A stretch of 64,000 nt of DNA. It comes from Octopus sinensis (taxonomy: Eukaryota). Positions 37,050 to 49,746 of this stretch are shown piece after piece. The translations under genes were made by a program, and so were the position numbers. How positions within the stretch are numbered: position 1 is the stretch's first letter; each line of letters starts with the position of its first letter. The stretch spans positions 1,736,001 through 1,800,000 of the forward strand of contig NC_043023.1 of NCBI RefSeq assembly GCF_006345805.1. Reading direction: 5' to 3'. The notes below the pieces were generated by a model. It had not been told where the DNA came from. It did not search any database and saw only the letters and a program-made list of their open reading frames with translations.

Positions 37050-38520
37050 TAATAAATAGTATTGCTGTCACCATTGCTGTGAGAGGAACAATATTTGTGG
37101 AATAATGGTAAGAAGAACAGTAACAACACCACCAAAGAAACTACAATAGCACTACCACCCCACACTAACAATACTTCCACCACAAACAAGGAGTACTGAG
37201 TCAACACCACCATGCTTCCACCATCACCATGGCCACCACCACTCCTATAGCTGTCACCACCACTACCACCTCCTATACTGCTAAAAACATATGCTTTTCA
37301 GAATTACTATTCCAAAATGCCAATTAACACCGAAATTACCACTACCTCTGGCACCATCACTACCACTGAAACCACCAACACCAGCACCACCAAGAACTAC
37401 TACACCAGCGATACCAGCTGCATCACCACTATCACTACAACCAACACTATGACCACCTACACTACCAACACTACCGCCTACACCACTATTAACAGCTTAC
37501 CTGTACTAACACTTGCGACGCTGCCAATACCATGATCACAACTACCTATATCAATACCACAATACATAACCACCTACAAATACCTGTATAACCATCACTA
37601 CCACCACCACAACAAACACAACTACCACAACTATCACCACCACTGCCTCCACTTCAAACATGACTGCTGCCACAATCACCACCAACACTACTAACATCAA
37701 TACCAATAACACCACCACCAACACCACCACCTCCACCATGACTGCCACCACAAACACCACCACCACCGTCACAGCCAACAATCACCACTACCACCAACAC
37801 TACAAACAAACACTACCACCACCACTGCCAACAAACACTAATACCACTAAAACAACCACTGCCACCATCACTACAACAATCACCACCACCACCACCAACA
37901 CTACAAACAAACACTACCACCACCAGCACCACCACTGCCAACAAACACTACCACCAACACCACTACTATCACTGCAAACAACCACTATCACCACCACCAC
38001 CACCACAAACAACCACTACCATCATCATCACTACCACCACCACCACCACAAAAAAACAAACGCTACCACCACCACTGCCAACAAACACTAATACCACTAA
38101 AATAACCACTGCCACCATCACTACAACAATCACCACCACCACCACTGCCAACAATCACTACCACCAACACCACTACTATCACTGCAAACAACCACTATCG
38201 CCATCACCACCACCACCACAAACAACCACTACCATCACGACGACCACCACCACCACCAACACCACAAAAAAAACAAACGCTACCACCAACACCACTACTA
38301 TCACTGCAAACAACCACTACCACTATCACCACCACCACCACAAACAACCACTACCATCATCATCACTACCACCACCACCACCACCACAAAAAAACAAACA
38401 CTACCACCAACACCACTACTATCACTGCAAACAACCACTACCATCGCTATCACCACCACCACCACCACAAAAAAACAAACGCTACCACCAACACCACCGC
38501 AAACAATACCAACAATCACA
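37050..38520. repeat. ACC/AAC-rich low-complexity region with internal about 120-bp duplications
   Basis: Imperfect (ACC)n/(AAC)n; the block caacaccactactatcactgcaaacaaccacta recurs near 37955, 38165, 38285 and 38405. Confidence 0.85.
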
Positions 38521-38949
38521 TTAAGTCATTATTGGTTGGGAAGCTGGAAATTTCTGCATCCATCAGTGTTGCGATTTCGAAAAGAGATGCCGTCAGCAAT
38601 ATAATCGACAATCCTCGTGAGGATCGTGACACAGTTTTGCAGATAAACAACATGACAGCTTTTAATTAAATCGATGTACCTACCACCGTTCCTCGGCAGA
38701 AAATTGGTTTCCATGGGTCGGCGCGGGGAAGCGTGGATGCTGTTTTAATTATTTTTGTTATACAGTATATATGTATATATATATAATATATATAGGCATG
38801 GGCGTGGCTGTGTGGTAAGAGGTTTGCTTCCTGACCACATGGTTATTGGTTCAGTCCCACTGTGTGGCACCTTGGGTAAGTGTCTTCTATTATAGCCTCG
38901 AGCTGACAAAAGAGAGGCTTTGATAGGCAGGAACTGAAAGAAGCCCATC

Positions 38950-38981
<32 letters not shown>

Positions 38982-39249
38982 ATGTGTGTGTAGGTGTGTG
39001 TGTATATATGTGTATATTATATATACATGTATGTGTGTGTGTATTATATACATAATATATATATATATATATACATATTGTATATATATATATATATAGC
39101 ATATATATATATATAATAATATATACATATATATATATATAATATCTATACATATATATATATATAGTATATAGGGATGTATATATATATATATATAATA
39201 TATATACATATATATATTTATAATATATATCAATTATATATATATAATC

Positions 39250-39281
<32 letters not shown>

Positions 39282-39693
39282 CTATATATATATATTATAT
39301 ATTAAGTAGGTGAAGAATTATCCTATGTTAATCGTCAGCATGGAAAATTCGTTTCACCGAAACCTGGGTAGCAAATTCACGTCAGAAAACACGGTTGAAG
39401 CGACCTGTCAAGGGTAGAAAACTCCCGGGTTCATTGTAGAAATTTGTGTGTTGCATATGAATAAATGTGTCGAGAGTAAAGGAATTTTGTTAACATCTTC
39501 GTTCGACTCCATTCTTTCATTTATTCATATATATATATATATATACATCATCATCATCATCATCATTGTTTAGCGTCCGCTTTCCATGCTAGCATGGGTT
39601 GGACGGGTCAACTGGGGTCTGTGAAGCTGGAAGGCTTCGTCAGGCCCAGTCAGATCTGGCAGTGTTTCTACGGCTGGATGCCCTTCCTAACGC

Positions 39694-39735
<42 letters not shown>

Positions 39736-39824
39736 GGAAAGTTTACAAAAATATACAAAAGACGAAGACAGGTGTTGTACAAACAAACAAATGTATTAGT
39801 ATAGCGCTCAGGAATAGAAAAAGT

Positions 39825-39860
39825 CTTTTACATTTCGAGCCTACGCTCTTCCACAGAAAG
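39825..39860 (-). ncRNA. Variant or decayed minimal hammerhead motif in a PLE end
   Basis: Minus CTTT CTGTGGA A GAGC gtag GCTC GAAAT GT A AAAG. Stems I and II are intact; the core has A6 to U and C15.2 to U changes. Confidence 0.45.
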
Positions 39861-40568
39861 ATACACAGAAAGAAACAAGGAGAGAAAAAAATGTATGTAT
39901 ATGTATATAAATCTATATGTATATGTATATATATATACATGTATGTATATGTATATAAATCTATATGTATGTATATAAATATTTATATTCAGTGATAGAA
40001 TGCTTGCTTGCCATGAGGCAGCCCAGGTTCATTTCCTGGCTGATGCACTCTGGTTTTTAGGGTGCAGAAGTGGCTGTGTGGTAAGAAGCTTGCTTCTCAA
40101 CCACATGGTTCCGGGTTCAGTCCCACTGCATGTCACCTTGGGTAAGAGTCTTCCACAATAGCTTCAGACCGACCAAATCCTTCAGGTTGCCACAAGAAAC
40201 CTTAGATGCCAAGAAGCTAGCAGTGTCTTAGAATACTGTATTCTAGCAGTCCCCAACAATATTTTTTTTCTGGAGCAACACAAAACTAGATTTTATGCCT
40301 ATTTCCTCTATCTATTTGTTGAAATCTTTAGGAAATATTATTATTTTTATCATTCAGGGGTGAGCTGGTAGAATTGTTAGCACACTGGGCAAGGTGCTTT
40401 GCAGTATTTTGCCTGAATTTATGTTTTGAGTTCAAATTCCACTGAGGTCAACTTTACTTTACATCCTTTCAGGGTCAATAAATTAAATACCAGTGTAACA
40501 CCAGGGCCGATGTAATCAACTAGTCCCCTCCCCAAAAATTTCAGGCCTTGTGCCTTTTGTAGAAGGGA

Positions 40569-41135
40569 TTATTATTATTATTATTATTGAGAGAGCGGTA
40601 CATGCCATCAAAGTGACACTGGGGTACAAATATACAAAGCCCATATACCCATCATGACTACCCGTCTGGATAAGGGTACACTAGGCACATGCATCACAAC
40701 CATATGCGTGCGACATGGTAATCACATATCAAGATAAACAGCGCATGACCTTGCAGGTGGGGCCCAGTTAGAATTTTCTTCTGGTCAAGTAGCCCATCCC
40801 TCTCAAAAAGACCCCGAATAAGGGTTGTTTAAAGATTTTGAACCAAACACCAATGTTTCCAGAGGTGAATTATTCAAACCCCAAAGAATGCCTCTCAACA
40901 CATGGCTACGATGCTCCCCCACTACTTCTGCTCGTGATCAGAGATGCACATATCGTCAGCCACTAAGGGACTTGGTCAAATGGTTATGGTCAAACAACTG
41001 ACAAGCAAATCTGTGGTATTGAGCAGAATATTTTGCTGTAGCCCATCTTTTATACCAAGACAAAACAATGTACATGATAACACTTCAAATCAGTTAAGAT
41101 CAGAAGCCACGAGAGCCACTGCCTAGTACTGCATC
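40569..41135 (-). mobile_element. Family D interspersed repeat, second copy
   Basis: Reverse complement of 36500-37046. Confidence 0.85.
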
Positions 41136-42167
41136 TATTATTATTATTTTCATTATTATTTCCTATCCCTTATGTAAATCTCCACACAAACTGTTGTCTG
41201 TTCATGTAATGTCCCTCATCATTTATACCCCTGTGGCTAATAAATAATAATAATCATTATTATTATTATTATTATTATCATTACTCTCATTACTATTTTT
41301 GTTATCGTTATCACATCATCAATTTTTTTATTATTATTATTATTATTATTATCATGATCTAGAAAAATCTTACTCAGCAAAAAAAAAAACAAACCCCTTT
41401 TCCTTTCCAAAAAATTTACGAAAACATTTGCAGTTTTTCTTTTATTATGTATTTCTTTTTTTTACATTTTCATCTAATTTTTTCATCATTATTCCACTTT
41501 ATTTTTATAAATTAACTTTATTATTGTTGTTGCTGCTGTTGTTATTGTTACTTGCTTCTACTTTTAAATCTTTTGTTTTTGTGCTTATTGTTGTTGTTGT
41601 AGTTGTTGCTTTGCTTCATTTTCGCCATTTTAATTTTAATTTTCGATTTTTCGATAGTTTTTGTTTTCTTGAAGTATGTTTGTTTATATTTATGTACAAG
41701 CATTTTGTTTTTTATTTTTCCTTTTTTGTTTGTTTTTGGTTTTTTTTTGGTTTTTCTCAATTTTCTTTTACTTTCAGAAAAATCTTAGGAGTGATAAAAA
41801 TACCAAAAAAAAAAGCACAAAAGAAAAAAACCGACAACAATAATAATAATATAATTAATAATAATGATGGCGATGACGATTTTGATGATTCAGAGATTTT
41901 CAAAATCTTCAAGAGAATTACGGTTAATTAATTCTATAGATAGAAAATTACATATTCTTCTGTTTCTGTGATGGAATGATTTTTTGGTGCTGTGCGGCAG
42001 CTGTTGTTGTTGTTGTTGTGGTGGTGGTGGTGGTTGCAGTGGATAGGTTAGTGAAACCCTTGAGAGAACAAATACAAACATGTGTGTGTGTGTATAAATA
42101 AATGTGTGTGTGTGTGTATGTGTGTGTTGATTCACCATCTAGTGGACAGTTCTGACAAATTAAAGTG

Positions 42168-42211
<44 letters not shown>

Positions 42212-42309
42212 TATATATACATACATCTGCATATACAATTGTGTGTGTGTGTGCATGCATGCATGCATATGTATTTACACAAATATATATATATATATAT
42301 ATACATACA

Positions 42310-42718
42310 GAGCTGGCAGAAACGTTAGCATGCCAGATGAAATGCTTAGCGGTATTTTGTCTGCCGTTACGTTCTGAGTTCAAATTCCGCCAAAGTCAAC
42401 TTTGCCTTTTATCCTTTTGGGGTCGATTAAATAAGTACCAGTAACGCACTGGGGTCGATATAATCAACTTAATTCGTTTGTTTGTCCTTGTTTGTCCCCA
42501 CTGTGTTTAGCCCCTTGTGGGTAGTAAAGAAATAGGATTTTGTCTGCTGCTAAGTTCTGAGTTCAAATTCCACCAAGGTCAACTTTGCCTTTCATCCTTT
42601 CGGGGTCGATAAATTAAGTACCAGTTATGCACTGGGGTAATTGTAATCAACTTAATCTGTTTGTCTGTCCTTGTTTGTCCCCTCTATGCTTAGCCCCCTG
42701 TGGGCAATAAAGAAATAA
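42310..42718 (+). mobile_element. Family B SINE dimer
   Basis: gagctggcagaaacgttagc head, then two units joined at aagaaata|ggattttgtctgc. Confidence 0.85.
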
Positions 42719-43169
42719 GATATTTATATACATCCATATATACATGGCTTGCTCGCTTAGCCAGCAGGATGGGATCACTTGATGGCTAAAACAATGCGAA
42801 GCGCATTGTGACCAGCGATGTGTAGCAACATCTGATAGCCTGGTCGGTCATGTGATGGTGGTGACATATATATACATAAACGCATGTGTGTATGTATGTA
42901 TCAAAAATAGATACACATACATGCATATACACATACACCACTCCTCACCATTCATATGTATGTATAGTGTATTCATTGCTAAATGTCTTTTTTCTTACTT
43001 TTCCTTTATACATGGTTTACAGAGCCCTCAGTAAACATCCACCCACTAGTTTCTTTTATGATCATCAGATTACAGTGCAAATCATACATATTTATACACA
43101 CACACAAATACATATAAACATACTTACATATAACATATACAATGATACATACATACATACACACATATA

Positions 43170-43700
43170 TATTGGCACTCAGTCGGTTACGACGAGGGTT
43201 CCAGTTGATCCGATCAACGGAACAGCCTGCTCGTGAAATTAACGTGCACAGACATGTATACCCTTAACGTAGTTCTCGGGGTGATTCAGCATGACACAGA
43301 GTGTGACAAGGCTGGTCTTTTAATACAGGTACAGCAGAAACAGGAAGCAAGAGTGAAAGTTGTGGTGAAAGAGTACAGCAGGGTTCACCACCATCCCCTG
43401 CCAGAGCCTCGTGGAACTTTAGGTGTTTTCGCTCAATAAACAAGGTTGTTTATGGAAGACCAGCAGTCACCCATGCATATCAGCCTCCCCTCTTTATGCC
43501 ACCGATGTTGGGAAACGTAAAGGCCGATACAGCTTTGGCACCAGTGACATTGCAACTCCTTTCTACAGCTGAATGAATTGGAGCAATGTGAAATAAAGTG
43601 TCTCGCTTAAGCACACAACACACAGCCCAGTCTGGGAATCAAACTCACTAACTCATGATTGTGAGCCTGACGCTCTAACCACTGAGCCATGCACCTTCAC
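43170..43700 (-). mobile_element. Composite tRNA-head SINE
   Basis: Minus head gtgcatggctcagtggttagagcgtcaggctcacaatcatgag..gtttgattcc. Internal 43340-43440 matches the central part of the 49014-49310 SINE. Confidence 0.7.
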
Positions 43701-43769
43701 ACATTTATCTATCTTTATTTATATATACATTATATATATATATATATATATATCTGTCTTTGAAAGAAC

Positions 43770-43995
43770 TTTTATTCACCGATTTCCTTCCGGTCATTCA
43801 AAATGTGACCGCGTGTGTACCGTTGGCGTTTTTTTCCCTCTGTCTTCCCTTCCTTGGATCTTTCCTTCTCCTATGTTTCCGACAAAGAGCTCCGCTCGAA
43901 ACACTAAACCCTCCTTCTTTCCTGAGCGTCCAATAATACTATATTTGTTCCACGTCCTCGTGTTGCTGTGTTTTTTGTCCTTTCTTGTTTGGATA

Positions 43996-44010
<15 letters not shown>
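43770..44010 (+). mobile_element. PLE terminal fragment with a decayed hammerhead (same family as 62100-62300)
   Basis: gtttccgacaaagagctccgctcgaaacactaaac (43875-43909) versus intact gtttctgatgaagagcttcgctcgaaacgttaaac; shared flanks. Confidence 0.75.
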
Positions 44011-44048
<38 letters not shown>

Positions 44049-44369
44049 TATACCATTTCTGTCGAGGGTCATTCGAACACAAGAAAGCTAAAAAACAAGC
44101 ACGTGGATCCTGTTGATACCAGTAAGAAACAATAATGAACTCCTTTACTACACTCAACTTGAAATTTCTAGCTATTATACCTACCACCGACAAAACACCA
44201 CCACATGGATTCTATTGAGACCAGTAAGAAACAATTATGAACTTTTCTATTACACTTTACTTTATAAAATATTTTTGATAAGGTTCGTTTTTTCAAGAAC
44301 AAAAACATGTAAAATTCATAAGAAAATTAAAATTTATCTAATATAGTGGCGTTTTCAAACTTCTTTTTT

Positions 44370-44409
<40 letters not shown>

Positions 44410-44411
<2 letters not shown>

Positions 44412-44827
44412 TCTTTTACTTGTTTCAGTCATTTGACTGCTGGCATGCTGGAGCACCACCTTTAGTCAAGCAAACTGACCCCAGAGCTTATTCTTTCTAA
44501 GCCTAGTACTTATTCTATCAGGTTCTTTTGCCGAACTGCCAAGTTATGGGGACGTAAACACACCAGCATCGGTTATCAAGCAATGTTTGGAGGACAAACA
44601 CAGACACACAAAACATATACACACATATACATACATACATATATATATATATACATACATATACAACAGGCTTCTTTCAGTTTCCGTCTACCAAATCCAC
44701 TCACAAGGTTTTGGTCGGCCCGAGGCTATAGTAGAAGACACTTGCCCAAGGTGCCATGCAGTGGGACTAAACCCAGGACCATGTGGTTGGTAAGCAAGCA
44801 ACTTACCACACACCGACTCCTACACCT
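44410..44827 (-). mobile_element. Family A SINE, flanked on both sides by (TA)n
   Basis: tatata|ctcttttacttgtttc ... ctcctacacc|tatatata. Confidence 0.9.
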
Positions 44828-44856
44828 ATATATATATATAATATAATATAATATAA

Positions 44857-46027
44857 TCTATATATATATAAAAGTCTTTGTTTCTCTGTCTGTCTGTTCC
44901 CTATCCATTCTCAAATGGCTCCATCAAATTAAATTTTACAAGGTAATAGTATTACACCCCATGAGTGTTAACATGTAATTTTTATTTTCATTTGGACTGA
45001 AACAATATAACATTTTCTTGAAGCCAAATCTTCCCTTTTCTGGAGGAAGGAGCTGTTTATGCATAATTTCTATGTCACGTTTGTTGAAAGTATGCATAAT
45101 AACCCAGAACAGAAAAACAAAAACCTGCGAGACAAAACTCTATTGGTGGGAAACTCCGAGGTCCCTACCCCTACCCACTTTCTTTTCCAGAAATAAGTGG
45201 TTTGCGGTGCGATTGGAGGTTAGATACATTGAATGCACTCGAAAAAACTTTTGATAAAAAATCATTTTGCACCAAGGTGATTAAGTAAATGCCACCAAGG
45301 TGATGAAGTAAATGTCAGCATAAAGTTATCCTACTTATGGAGCAATGTGCAAAAGCTCAGACTCACAACCAACATGAAAGTACAGCTCAGAGGTGATAAT
45401 GCAGACAGAACCTTCTCAAAGAAACTGTTGGACGTCGGTAATAGCACTTTGGTTGGTGAGAAGTATGGCCAGGTAAGCTTCCCTTTTGGACATAAGGTAT
45501 CTGATTTAAAGGAACTAATGAACAAGGTGTTTCCTAATTTGAGGAACCAGTTTACATACCACACCTGGCTGAAAACCTGTGCCATTTTAGCTCCAAAGAA
45601 TGTGGGAGTTGGTGATTTGAACTTTAAACTTCTGGAACAGTTGCCAGGTGAGCGTCACATCTACAATCCCACTGACACTGTACTCAACATCAATGAAGCT
45701 GTGAATTATCCAGTTGAATATCCACCTGGCCTCCGACCTCACAAATTGCACCTCAAGATTGGGGTACCAGGTTGCTGCTTTGAAACCTCGATCCACCAAA
45801 GCTTTGCAATGGCACACAACTTATAATAAAGATGATGCCAACAGTCTTGGAGACAACAATTTTGACTGATAAAGCAAGCAGTGAGCCTGTATTAATTCCT
45901 AGAATTCCACTTATTCCTTTGGATATACCTTTCCAGTATAAGCGCCTGCAATTCCTGTTGAAACAGCTTTGCAATGAGCACTGACAAGGCTCAGGGGCAG
46001 TCCTTGGATGTGGTAGTCCGAACCTTG
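44857..46027 (+). mobile_element. Helitron remnant: 5' TC terminus plus decayed PIF1-like helicase, truncated by the gap
   Basis: A|TCTATATATATATAAAAG..ctgtctgtctgt start. ORF 45347-45826 has LTTNMKVQ..FSKKLLDVG..AILAPKN..LLEQLPG..EAVNYPVE..PPGLRPHKLHLKIG; downstream frames give LIPRIPLIP.D.PFQYKRLQF and QGQSL. Confidence 0.85.
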
Positions 46028-46127
46028 NNNNNNNNNNNNNNNNNNNNNNNNNNNNNNNNNNNNNNNNNNNNNNNNNNNNNNNNNNNNNNNNNNNNNNNNN
46101 NNNNNNNNNNNNNNNNNNNNNNNNNNN
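46028..46127. other. Assembly gap (100 N)
   Basis: Run of N. Confidence 1.
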
Positions 46128-47430
46128 CTTGTTTCAGTCATTTGACTGCGGCCATGCTGGAGCACCACCTTTAGTCAAGCAAATCTACCTTAGGACTTAT
46201 TCTTTGTAAGCCCAGTACTTATTCTATCAGTCTCTTTTCTCTTTTACTTGTTTCAGTCATTTGACTGCGGCCATGCTGGAGCACCACCTTTAGTCAAGCA
46301 AATCTACCTCAGGACTTATTCTTTGTAAGCCCAGTACTTATTCTATCAGTCTCTTTTCTCTTTTACTTGTTTCAGTCATTTGACTGCGGCCATGCTGGAG
46401 CACCACCTTTAGTCAAGCAAATCTACCTCAGGACTTATTCTTTGTAAGCCCAGTACTTATTCTATCAGTCTCTTTTCTCTTTTACTTGTTTCAGTCATTT
46501 GACTGCAGCCATGCTGGAGCACCACCTTTAGTCAAGCAAATCTACCCCAGGACTTATTCTTTGTAAGCCCAGTACTTATTCTATCAGTCTCTTTTCTCTT
46601 TTACTTGTTTCAGTCATTTGACTGCAGCCATGCTGGAGCACCACCTTTAGTCAAGCAAATCGACCCCAGGACTTATTCTTTGTAAGCCCAGTACTTATTC
46701 TATCAGTCTCTTTTCTCTTTTACTTGTTTCAGTCATTTGACTGCAGCCATGCTGGAGCACCACCTTTAGTCAAGCAAATCGATTCCGGGACTTATTCTTT
46801 GTAAGCCCAGTACTTATTCTATCAGTCTCTTTTCTCTTTTACTTGTTTCAGTCATTTGACTGCAGCCATGCTGGAGCACCGCCTTTAGTCGAAGCAAATC
46901 GACCTCAGGACTTATTCTTTGTAAGCCTAGTACTTATTCTATCAGTCTCTTTTCTCTTTTACTTGTTTCAGTCATTTGACTGCAGCCATGCTGGAGCACC
47001 GCCTTTAGTCGAAGCAAATCGACCTCAGGACTTATTCTTTGTAAGCCTAGTACTTATTCTATCGGTATCTTTTCTCTTTTACTTGTTTCAGTCATTTGAC
47101 TGCAGCCATGCTGGAGCACCGCCTTTAGTCGAAGCAAATCGACCTCAGGACTTATTCTTTGTAAGCCTAGTACTTATTCTATCAGTCGCTTTTGCCGAAC
47201 CGCTAAGTTACAGGGATGTAAACAAATACAGACATACAAACATATATATATATATATAAACATATATACAACTGGCTTCTTTCAGTTTCTGTCGACCAAA
47301 TCCACTGACAGGGCTTTGGTCGCCCCGAGGTTATAGTAGAAGACACTTGCCCAAGGTGCCATGCAGTGGACTGAACCTGTAACCATGTTCTTGGTAAGCA
47401 AGCTACTTACCACCACACACCACTCCTTCG

Positions 47431-47433
<3 letters not shown>
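46128..47433 (-). repeat. Family A SINE whose 3' about 119 bp is tandemly amplified at least nine times
   Basis: Units begin at 46128, 46247, 46366, 46485, 46604, 46723, 46842, 46962 and 47082; the last continues into the rest of the SINE. Confidence 0.93.
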
Positions 47434-47475
<42 letters not shown>

Positions 47476-47944
47476 GTGACAGGCTTCTTTCAGTTTCCGT
47501 CGACTAAATCCATTCACAAGTCTTTGGTCGGCCTGAGGTTATAGTAGAAGACACTTGCCCAAGGTGCCACGCTGTGGGACTGAACCTGTAACCATGTGGT
47601 TGGTAAGCAAGCTACTTACCACATATGTATACACACCAGAAAGATTCATACAAAATAACCCATACACAGCCACTCCTGATAACGATAATGATGATGATGA
47701 CAAAATGGTGATTATGACGATGAGGACATTGATGATCATAATGACGGTGATGATGGTGATGATGATAATAAACCTTTTACAAAACATTATCATCATTTTC
47801 ATTGTGATCATCATCATCATCATCATCATCATCATCGTTGTTGTTGTTATTGGTGTTTTTGTATCTGTTGTTGTTATGGCCATTTATAGAAAAAAATTGC
47901 AATAAATATAATTTTGTTTTGTTTTTGTTTTATTTTACATTTAC

Positions 47945-48305
47945 TCTTACTCTTACTCTTTTACTTGTTTCAGTCATTTGACTGCGGCCATGCTGGAGCA
48001 CCGCCTTTTTGTACTTATTCTATCGGTCTCTTTTTGCCGAACCGCTAAGTGACGGGGACGTAAACACACCAGCATCGGTTGTCAAGCAATGCTAGGGGGA
48101 CAAACACAGACACACACACATATACATATATATACATATATATACGACAGGCTTCTTTCAGTTCCGTCTACCAAATCCACTCACAAGGCATTGGTCGGCC
48201 CGGGGCTATAGCAGAAGACACTTACCCAGATGCCACGCAGTGGGACTGAACCCGCAACCGTTTGGTTTTTAGCAAGCTACTTACCACACAGCCACTCCTG
48301 CGCCT
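47945..48305 (-). mobile_element. Family A SINE with an internal deletion
   Basis: (CTCTTA)n tail, missing the gtcgagcaaatcgacc..ctttgtaag segment. Confidence 0.85.
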
Positions 48306-48545
48306 ATTTTGTTTATATTTTGGCAATTATTCTCGCCGCTGTATTTTTATGTTACACGAGAGATATTTCTATTTATTTCGACAATATAACATCTTACACG
48401 GAATTTAACAGAAACAGGAAGACATAGAGAGACTCAGTGAACAACACAAATGTATGCACCCTAAGTCTGTGTTATCCCGTATGTATGTGTGTGTGTGTGT
48501 GTGTCTGTGTGTACATATATATATATATATTTATTTTATAGAAGG

Positions 48546-48596
48546 AGCTTCTACAGAACTAGAACTGTTTCATTCAAATGAAATCATCAGGAAGCT
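48546..48596 (-). ncRNA. Mirror-image hammerhead motif, left arm of the palindrome
   Basis: Reverse complement of 48593-48643 with one loop substitution; centre AAGCTT. Confidence 0.7.
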
Positions 48597-48643
48597 TCCT
48601 GATGATTTCATTTGAATGAAACAGTTCTAGTCCTGTAGAAGCT
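48593..48643 (+). ncRNA. Type I hammerhead ribozyme motif, right arm of a near-perfect palindrome (48534-48655)
   Basis: AGCTTC CTGATGA t TTC attt GAA t GAA ACAG ttctagtc CTGT A GAAGCT: 6-bp stem I, 4-bp looped stem III, GUA cleavage triplet, U-U at the base of stem II. Confidence 0.7.
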
Positions 48644-48728
48644 CCTTCCATAAAATTAATTAATTTACTCTGCTATGTATTGAGTACCTTATTTACTGTG
48701 GTTAACCCTGACTCAACCCGGGACCTAC

Positions 48729-48761
<33 letters not shown>

Positions 48762-49013
48762 TTTAAAACACATATATTTAAACACAAAAGAGGTGACCTT
48801 TAACAGGCAGCCTTACATGCTAGAAGGAGCAGGCAAAATGACCAAAACCACATTTAAGAGCAGTTTTGAAGGGAATAGAAAATATTAACTTTTACCTTGT
48901 TTTTTTTGTGTGTATATATATATATATATATATACATTCACACACACACACACCAACACACATACAGATATTTATACAAACATACACACACAGATATATA
49001 TATATATATATAT

Positions 49014-49304
49014 GCAGAGGCACATGGCCTAGTGGTTAGAGCACCAGACTCACGGACGAGGGATCACGGGTTCGAATCTCAGACCGGGCAATGTGTGTCT
49101 TCATGAGCGAAACACCTAAGCTCCACGTGGTTCGGGCAGAAGGTAATGGTGAACTTCTGCTGACTCTTTCGCCACAACTTTCTCTCACTCTTTCCTCTTG
49201 CATCTTGCAGCTCACCTATGACAGATCAGCGTCCCATCCAGGTGGGGAACCTATACACCAAGGAAACTGGCCCTTATGAGCCAGGGATGGCTCAAGAAGG
49301 AACA

Positions 49305-49310
<6 letters not shown>
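49014..49310 (+). mobile_element. Family E tRNA-derived SINE
   Basis: A box TGGCCTAGTGG, B box GGTTCGAATCTC; 3' cagcgtcccatccagg..gaaactggcccttatgagcc; inserted in (TA)n. Confidence 0.8.
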
Positions 49311-49342
<32 letters not shown>

Positions 49343-49677
49343 TACAAAATAAGAAAATGGAGAAACACATCTTAATCTATGATCAACTACCAGATAATAC
49401 CCAATCACATAATTTATTAAACCACTACATATGAACATTAAAGTCAAACATAATAATATAGAACAAAACAATGTACATGAAAGAGTAATATGATACAATA
49501 AATACAGTATGTATAAGTGAGTATAAATAAATACAAATATAAATATAAACTACATCTTACAGCTGTTTCGGCCATGCAGATATGGGTGTCTCATTATGCT
49601 CATATTAGCCATGTGTGATAGGTCAATATGTAGTTGTAAATGAGACACTTACAAAAATATCCCAAGATATATATATA

Positions 49678-49746
<69 letters not shown>

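Noticed and set aside
37317-38519. Mucin-like Thr/His-rich ORFs
   Set aside because: They are products of ACC/AAC low-complexity sequence with frequent frame changes; no signal peptide or splice support is seen.
41299-41931. 210-aa hydrophobic, Phe-rich ORF as a membrane protein
   Set aside because: The sequence is T-rich low complexity with TAT and TTG runs; no family signature.
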